DNA of 64,000 bases. It comes from Eledone cirrhosa. Lineage: Eukaryota. The notes under the pieces were generated by a model. That model saw nothing but the letters and a program-made list of their open reading frames with translations, had not been told where the DNA came from and made no database searches. The translations under genes and the position numbers were made by a program. Where the stretch lies: contig OZ024751.1 of assembly GCA_964016885.1 (NCBI GenBank), positions 18,104,001 to 18,168,000 of the forward strand, in the 5' to 3' direction. This document shows, piece after piece, positions 56,320-64,000 of the stretch (positions are counted from its first letter, which is position 1; each line of letters begins with the position of its first letter).

Positions 56320-56610
56320 GGTGGTGTGGTGTGGTTTATCGTAGTGTAGTGTATCATGATCTCGTGCTGCGCATTGTCGTCTAGTGTAGTGTATCGTAGC
56401 CCAGTGTGGTTTATTGTGGTCTAGTGTAGTGTATCGTGGTCTAGTGTAGTGTATCATAGCCCAGTGAGGTTTGTCGTGGTCTAGTGTAGTGTATCGTGGT
56501 CTAGTGTAGTGTATCATAGCCCAGTGTAGTGTATCGTGGTCTAGTGTAGTGTATTGTGCTCTAGTGTAGTGTATCGTGGTCTAGTGTGGTGTATCGTGGT
56601 GTAGTATGGT
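56320..56610. repeat. 20-bp minisatellite (ctagtgtagtgtatcgtggt)
   Basis: About 13 units with ccagtg variants. Confidence 0.9.
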
Positions 56611-57594
56611 ATTGAGTGGCGTAGATCAAATGCCAACATTGTTTCATTCAGTTCTATATTTTGATAAAAAAGGAAGAAATATTGTTTAATAAATTCATAC
56701 ATATATATATCAACAATATAACAATGTATGCATGGTCTCGTGACACCCGAGGGAGTTGTAGCGGCGCCACATTAACGTACGGCTTTTCTAGGGTATTTTA
56801 AAACTTGGCAGAGCCCATTCCCTTTCCAGGGAAGGATAGAGAATAAGAGAATGGCAGTGAGAAAGTGATATAGGGGAAGAATCGATCCCAAAACTAGACC
56901 TGTACTTTTTTCATCGACTTTGAATGGATATAAGGCAAAGTTGACATTGGTGAGATTTGAACTCTGAGAGTAGAAAGCCGAAACAAACACCACAAAGCAT
57001 TCTATTCGACGTTCTAACGAATATGCAAATCCGACGCCTTAAAATAACAATATCCACAACAGTAATAATAACAACCTCTTCAGCAACATTATGATGTCAC
57101 AGAAAATATATATCCTTATATTTTTTACTGAAGCAATATAATATAATCGATATATTGTCTTATGTATATGCTAGGAATCAATACAATATTGCTTTGCCAT
57201 TCCAATAAGATGGAGTTTTGCCAATTCCTGATTGAATGGTAGGCGTGCCGTAGTGATGTGTTGCTTATCTTGGATATTTAAACGTTTAAGCACAGTTGAT
57301 TGGTATCCTACGATTTCGCCGACTTTCTAACCACACTGCTAATTCACAACCATCGAATAAGATATTATAAAAACAAAATCAATAATTGAAAGACAAACCA
57401 CAAGCTTGTAAGCTGCTAACTAAACTCTGTTACATTGGACACACATGTACAACATTTTGCCATGCAGTGACTATGCATCTTTAACAGGGAGACATTACAA
57501 ATTACTATATATTACAAAGCACAAGAAAACTAGATTATCAGTTTCTTTCTCTCAGGATTTTTTTCAGATATATATATATATATATATATATATC

Positions 57595-57790
57595 AAATTT
57601 AATATAGAAATGTCTTCTACAGAACTGAAACTATTTAATTTGAAAGAAATGATGAGTTTTCATGATGATTTCTTTTGAATGAAAAAGTTCTAGTCCTGTA
57701 GAAGCCATTTCTATATTAAATTTGATGTTTACACTCTACTGATGTATTGATTACTGTACTTACTTTGATTACCCTGATTGAACCCGGGAC
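57595..57790 (+). mobile_element. Hairpin-plus-tail repeat family B, longer copy
   Basis: caaatttaatatagaaatgtcttctacag ... ctgtagaagccatttctatattaaatttg palindrome, then actctactgatgtattgattact...aacccggga. Confidence 0.7.
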
Positions 57791-58609
57791 TCACACACAT
57801 GTATATATATATATCCACGTATATATATATATATATATATATATCCATGTGGGTGTATGTGACCATATAATTGATAGAATGTAAAAACTAGGGGTGGGGG
57901 TTAATGAATAAATTAGATTAAGAGAAAGCTGTATGTATAAAGTGAGAGAGAGGATGTAAGACACATATTATGAGAGAGCGAGAGGTGAGCATTGATCCCA
58001 AGAGAGGGAGAGAGAGAGTAATGATATAGGAAGAACACAAAGGTAATAATAAAAGAAACCAACATTTTTTTTTTTAAGAAAAAAAAATCAAGATGGAGGT
58101 AAATAGGGAAAGTTAGTGAGTTCATTTTATTATAGCAAGTAGCTATGATTTGATTGGTCTCTGATACTTGTGACCTCATAAACGAAGCCTTAATGTAAAC
58201 ACAGCGGGGATGGCTGTGCGAGGTTGGTTGTATCGGAAAGCACATGGGATATTGTCATAAGAAGAGAAAATATAAAAACAAAATAACCCGTGAGAGGTAG
58301 TGTGAGGGGGGTATTCTCAATACGAAGAACAACAATGAAAAAAACAACAAAAAAATGAAAGAAAAAAGAACAAAAATAAAAAAAGAAGCAAAAAAAAAAC
58401 GTTTTCAAGAGTCGAACAAGGAGGCGGGTGGGTGGGAGTGTGTTAAGGTGGAGGAGGAGGAAGAATACAATGTCGTATTGGGGAGGTGTCTTTGTCAAGA
58501 AAATTTAATGACATTAATGTTTGTGGTGGTTGGCTTTTCTTGTTTGTTTTTTGTTTGGTTTTGATTTTGTTTCTTTTCTTTTTCTAATTCAGTTACTGTC
58601 TTGGATTAG

Positions 58610-58770
58610 CGCCATGCTTTACAGCATAGAGTTACGGCCCTTTATGGTCTGAGTTCAAATCCCGTCGAGGTTAACTTTGCCTTTCATCCTTACGGGGTCG
58701 ATAAAATAAAGTACCAGTAATGCACTGGGATAATTTGCTGGCCTTGTGCCAAAAGTAGAAACAATTATTA
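58610..58770 (+). mobile_element. 5'-truncated SINE copy
   Basis: Matches the SINE consensus. Confidence 0.88.
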
Positions 58771-58842
58771 CACAGCGTTCTCGATAAAGAATTAGTTAAC
58801 TTTTATTAATATCCTGTACCACAGAAAACCACATTTACAAGC

Positions 58843-59530
58843 CCTTCTTCTTCTTTTTCTTTTTCTTTTTCTTTTCCTTTTTCTTCTTTTTCTTTTTTTT
58901 CTTTTTCTTCTTTTCCTTTTTCTTTTTCTTCTTCTTCTCAAAAGGTTCGTTGGGACAGAGTCCTCAAACACTTTTTCCAACGGGTCCTGACAGATGCAAC
59001 TGTTTGCAACTGATCCGGCTGGATCCTCCAGTGAGTCAGCCAAGCTCATAGATGATATACAACCATCTTGCCTGGGGGGTCTTCCCCTGGGTCTCCTGTC
59101 AATTGATTCTTTCCTGAGACATTCTAATCACATGCCCACATTACCGGAGCTGTGATCTCTCAATTCGGAAAAGTAGCGGCTCTAAGGAGAAACGACTCTC
59201 TGACCTCCGAATGCTGAAGCTGACGAATTACTGCACCAGCTTCTGCAATCCTTGCCCCTAATTCAGCCTCTTGTCTTCGATCACTCGTGAACACGGCCCC
59301 GAGACACTTGAATTTCTCTACCTGCTTCAGTGGAACTCCATTTACATGTAGAGTGCACTGCACAGGCTTCCTTGAGAGACCGAGTGTCTCAGTTTTCGCA
59401 GCACTGATTTTCATTCCAGCCATACAGCGCTCTGCACGAAACCTATCAAATGCAAGACGATCACTTTCTGTCGATTTAAGTAATACCATGTCGTCTGCAA
59501 ATTCCAGCCGACTGATTCTACATTTCATAA
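58843..59530 (-). pseudogene. Degenerate RTE (Rex3/Expander-like) LINE 3' fragment with AG-rich tail
   Basis: ISRLEFADDMVLL...GMKIS..KTE...LKQVEKFKCLG; purine-rich tail on the minus strand. Confidence 0.8.
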
Positions 59531-59976
59531 GTCATCCTTGAAAATTATAAAACGGCATCACAATAAAATTTAAAGTCGTTACACATATACTGCAAATTTT
59601 CACAACAATCTGTCCATTAGTAAAGATACTATAAACATTTATATTAGCTCTTTTAAATTCTGTATCACATGAAACCACATTAGCAAGACAATCTCGAAAA
59701 ATACAAAACTTCATGTCATTAAAAACTTAAAATCTTTAGTCTAATACTGCAAATTTTCACAATAGTTTCAATCGTAAAGATACTATAAACATTTTAATAA
59801 GCAAACCGGTTTTCATTATGGGATGTTCAGTTAGTGTTAACATCGTTGGAGGAGGGGGGGGGGGCATTGAAAGGATAAGCTGAAATAACTTTACGGCGAG
59901 GTAGAAATGATATTAGTCAAGGAATAAAGAATGCATTGTTTTATCTGCAAGCCCTTGTGTCAAAAAAGTAGAAACA

Positions 59977-60170
59977 AGGCGCTGAATTGGCAGTATCGGT
60001 AGAATGTCGGCTGCCTTACTTTGCAACATAGAGTTACGGCCCTTTACGGTCTGAGTTTAAGTAACACCGAGGTTAACTTTGCTTTTCCTCCTTACGGGGT
60101 CGATAAAATAAAGTACCAGTAATGCACTGGGATAATTGCTGGCCTTGTGCCAAAAGTAGAAACAATTATT
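59977..60170 (+). mobile_element. tRNA-derived SINE copy
   Basis: Matches the SINE consensus. Confidence 0.85.
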
Positions 60171-60386
60171 TCATCTGCTAACAAGAGAGACAATGTTGGA
60201 CAAGTGTTGGTCTTAGTATGACCATATCAGTAGATCATAGCTTGCAGCTAACTTACTAACGTAGGGTTGGGAGAACAACTAAGTAAATATACTAAGTATA
60301 TATATATAGGTCATAATATATATATACATATATATGTCCTATATATGTATATATATGTTCTATATATATACATTTATACATATATA

Positions 60387-60433
<47 letters not shown>

Positions 60434-60964
60434 GTATGTATATGTGTATATTCATATATGTGCGTCTATGTATATTTCTATATATATATATGTGTGTGTG
60501 TGTGCGCGTGTATATACTGTTAATAATGGATAATAGAAAAAGTATTCAATGCGTTTATTTTTTACATAAAGTTTACCGAATGTATCATTACTTAAACAGA
60601 TATGTCTTTATTCAGCTCACTGTTTCGTTGGTTAACTAACAGAAACCACCAAAATTAAACATAAATGATGTTAATTCGGAACTGACATAAAATAACGATA
60701 ACTTAAGGTGAGTCAACCATATTTGATTGGTAGCAAATATCGACATTTAGCTAACATTCTAGCTTGGATATTTATACTGAGTTTCAACACAACCCATGTG
60801 TCACACTATACTCATAAGGGCATTTCATTGTGAACGGGTCATCTATATTTGATGTGCTTGAAGATCCCACCATTTAGCATCATTTTCGGCTTGGTTTTAC
60901 CAGTTTAAATAGTTGCTACTTCATATATCGACTGTATGTAGTTTAAAATACACATCGAAAAAAA

Positions 60965-61132
60965 TAATGGTTTCTACTTTTGGCACAAGGCCAGCAATTA
61001 AACCAGTACATTACTGGTACTTTATTTTATCGCCCCCGTAAGGATGAAAGGCAAAGTTAACCTCGGCGGGATTTGAACTCAGATGATAAAGGGACGTAAC
61101 TCTATGCTTCAAAGCATGGTGTCCGACACTCT
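60965..61132 (-). mobile_element. tRNA-derived SINE copy
   Basis: Reverse complement of the consensus. Confidence 0.85.
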
Positions 61133-61702
61133 ATAATGTCTGGATGATATGATTGCAAAACGAACTTCTTAAGTAAATTACCATGCCTGCTGCCTTTCAA
61201 CATATATCTGCTTAATCATGGCCAAATGAGGGACTAACCCTATAGCATTTAAACTGGCCATATCAGGCCAGAATTCTCTCACCTCTTTTGGATCAAACTG
61301 GCTGAAACTAGCCACTCATACTGATGTTAAGTTATTGTTCTCAAAATACATAATATCACAATCTTGTAGATTCGATATTATGTTAGATGATTATGTTAGA
61401 TAAAGTGTTTACCCCCAAAATACAATAGTATATATAGAGAAATGTAAATGTTGAAGGGTTTAGCTACAACAATAACAATAGAAAACAAAAAACAACAGAA
61501 CCAACAATATCAATATTTCTGTGAATGTCTATGTCGTAATTCTTACTGATTTTGTTGGACTCGTTGTTGTTGTTGTTCCTTAGCTACATATCAACCTAGA
61601 TCTAGCTGATTTAGGGTAAAAAGAAAATTCTGTACTGTCGTGACCGTACCGTATATTTGTATCTATATCTGGGGAATAACTTATATATATATATATATAT
61701 AT

Positions 61703-61807
61703 AAAAGGAACGATCGACTTTTCGTCAAATCGGACCGAGGGAACAATGTTTCCGTTGGTCTTTCCAATTGCTAATACTATCTATCGGTCGCAACTCCAGG
61801 TAGAACT
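61703..61807 (-). mobile_element. Isolated 3' tail of the V-type SINE
   Basis: Reverse complement of 40488-40588. Confidence 0.8.
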
Positions 61808-61907
61808 CGATATATATATATATAGCAATAATAATAAATTTGAAGACTAAAATCCAAAGAGGGCTCGATAAGGATAAATATATATCAAATATATAAGAAC
61901 CCTAGAG

Positions 61908-61944
<37 letters not shown>

Positions 61945-62069
61945 ATTTGCTTGCAAACCGCCAGAGATTCGATTTTACTAAATTTCCAATTATATATATC
62001 GATAGATAGATAGATATAGATAGGTTGATAAATAAATATAATACATACACACACACATATATATATATT

Positions 62070-62134
<65 letters not shown>

Positions 62135-62139
62135 ATGTA

Positions 62140-62193
62140 TACTCTTTTACCTGTTCCAGCCATCCGGCTGAGGCCATGCTGGGGCACCGCCCT
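62140..62193 (-). mobile_element. Extreme 3' end of the CR1-like LINE
   Basis: Reverse complement of 50749-50800. Confidence 0.85.
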
Positions 62194-62942
62194 ATAATAC
62201 ATATATCAATAGATAGATAGAAAGATAGATAAATACACATATGTGTATTTATATAAATTCATATTTATATATTTGTACACATATATATGAATGTGCGTGT
62301 GTGTGTTTGTATATATATATGTGTGTGTGTGTGTGTCTGTATTTGCATACTGTTAAGTATAGTTGCCGTAGATCGGTGCCGTAGCACGATTGGCCGTTAG
62401 TGTGCCCTCGGCGTTGTTTACAAGGATGATATCTGGCTGATAAGCGTTATATTAAGGCAGGCGCCAGTAGGCCGTTGCTCATGTTAACAGGCGTGTGTTA
62501 GTCGGGTGTCATATGGGTATGAATCTAATTTGTTCAGCCAGGTTTGTCGCATACGTTCACAGATAAGGGTGTTTGGGAAGTAAAGGGTGTTCGTTGTTGT
62601 TAGCCATGTTATCACAGAGATGTATGTTTGGTTAGTGTCGAATCTTGATATAGTGGCTTGGTGAGTTGGTGTCGGGGTGTTTTTTTAGACCGTCGGTACA
62701 CAGATATCACACGGGTGTCACACGGGTGTCACACGGGTGTCACACGGGTGTCACATTGACTGGTTGTTTAACCCTAGGACAAACTCGATCGAGTAGACGT
62801 CTGTATAAAGACGCTCCATAAATGTGATCATCCAATCATTTTAAGGGCAAGATTGCGTCCATGGGTCCCTTTTTTTTAAAGATGGTAAGGTGTGATTTGA
62901 AGAAGATTCACTTAGTATACCTCTCCACACACTCTCTCTCTA

Positions 62943-62973
<31 letters not shown>

Positions 62974-62982
62974 TTCTCTCTC

Positions 62983-63019
<37 letters not shown>

Positions 63020-63024
63020 TATAT

Positions 63025-63109
63025 ATACAGGGTGTTCCCCAAGAAAATGTATACACACATTTATTAGTATTCTGTTGAAGTGCGTATACATTTTTGGGGA
63101 CACCCTGTA
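63025..63109. mobile_element. Tc1/mariner-type MITE with TA target duplication
   Basis: TA-CAGGGTGTTCCCC...GGGGACACCCTG-TA. Confidence 0.8.
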
Positions 63110-63667
63110 TATATGCATACCCGCACACACTCACATATACATACATAGATACATATATAAGTGGAAATATACATACAAATATACTTACAAATATAAATGT
63201 GTGTCTGCCTGCTTGTGTGCGTGTGTGAGCACACCTTGTTTTTAGTGTCAATTAATCTGTCTTGTACAAACAAGATTCTAATAAATGTGTGAAAAACAAC
63301 AACCCCAACAATAAACAAAAAACAGAAAATAAACTTATAAACAAAACACAGGTTAACGCCCTGGTCTGATATCGATCATTAAAAGCATATGAAGAGGGGA
63401 TTGGATTGCTTTGGTAAATATGGAAATCATAGGCTGAGAATTATCGATTGAAGTGTCATCAATGTTAATAAATGTAATATCAGTAACCGAATATCTTCAA
63501 CAGAGATCCCTAAACCTTTCAGAACATCGAATCGACCTCATCACGGAATCCTTCGATCCTCATCAATCACAGTCATATTAACAGAATATAGAATATATAG
63601 AAGAATTATATATAAATCGGAAACCTTTATAAGCATATTGGATTTTATTGTATTATATTGATTATAT

Positions 63668-63782
63668 TTCAAATCCCGCCGAGGTTAACTTTGCCTTTTA
63701 TCCTTACGGGGTCGACAAAATAAAGTACCAGTAATACACTGGGTAATTGCTGGCCTTGTGCCAAAAGTAGAAACAATTATTA
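63668..63782 (+). mobile_element. 5'-truncated SINE copy
   Basis: tcaaatcccgccgagg...agaaacaattatt. Confidence 0.85.
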
Positions 63783-63902
63783 GTATTGCTGTTGTTGTTG
63801 CTGTGATTAATATTATTATGACAATTACAAAAAGAAAATGTAATTAATATGCTTCCTAATATAAATGTCGAGACGGAAACTGCAAAAACTCGTATGTATG
63901 TA

Positions 63903-63986
<84 letters not shown>

Positions 63987-64000
63987 GATGTATGTATATA

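Noticed and set aside
59532-59714. Possible Penelope GIY-YIG C-terminal remnant (FIVMPFYNF)
   Set aside because: Similarity is limited to a few residues and cannot be supported without a search.

Overview
AT-rich, microsatellite-dense eukaryotic DNA with no convincing host protein-coding exon. The repeat families suggest a cephalopod, Octopus-like genome (inference). Almost all ORFs in the supplied track are artefacts of (TA)n/(TG)n/(CAC)n repeats. Real content: (1) a full-length RTE/BovB-type LINE (APE-RT ORF 25475-29014, three C-terminal C2H2 fingers) with a near-intact Tx1/L1-type LINE nested in an (ATT)n tract of its 3' UTR; (2) truncated LINE pieces (CR1-like, RTE/Rex3-like, R4-like), a mariner transposase remnant with MITEs, and a Helitron remnant; (3) over 20 copies of a tRNA-derived SINE plus a V-type SINE; (4) most notably, about ten type I hammerhead ribozyme motifs from several unrelated short elements. 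Many sit in inverted-repeat, Penelope pLTR-like settings, show covarying stems, and share a C.C mismatch in stem II. Two palindromic hairpin-plus-tail families share a GTATTGAGTAC motif. A 200-N gap lies at 36827-37026. All structures were folded by eye, not computed.
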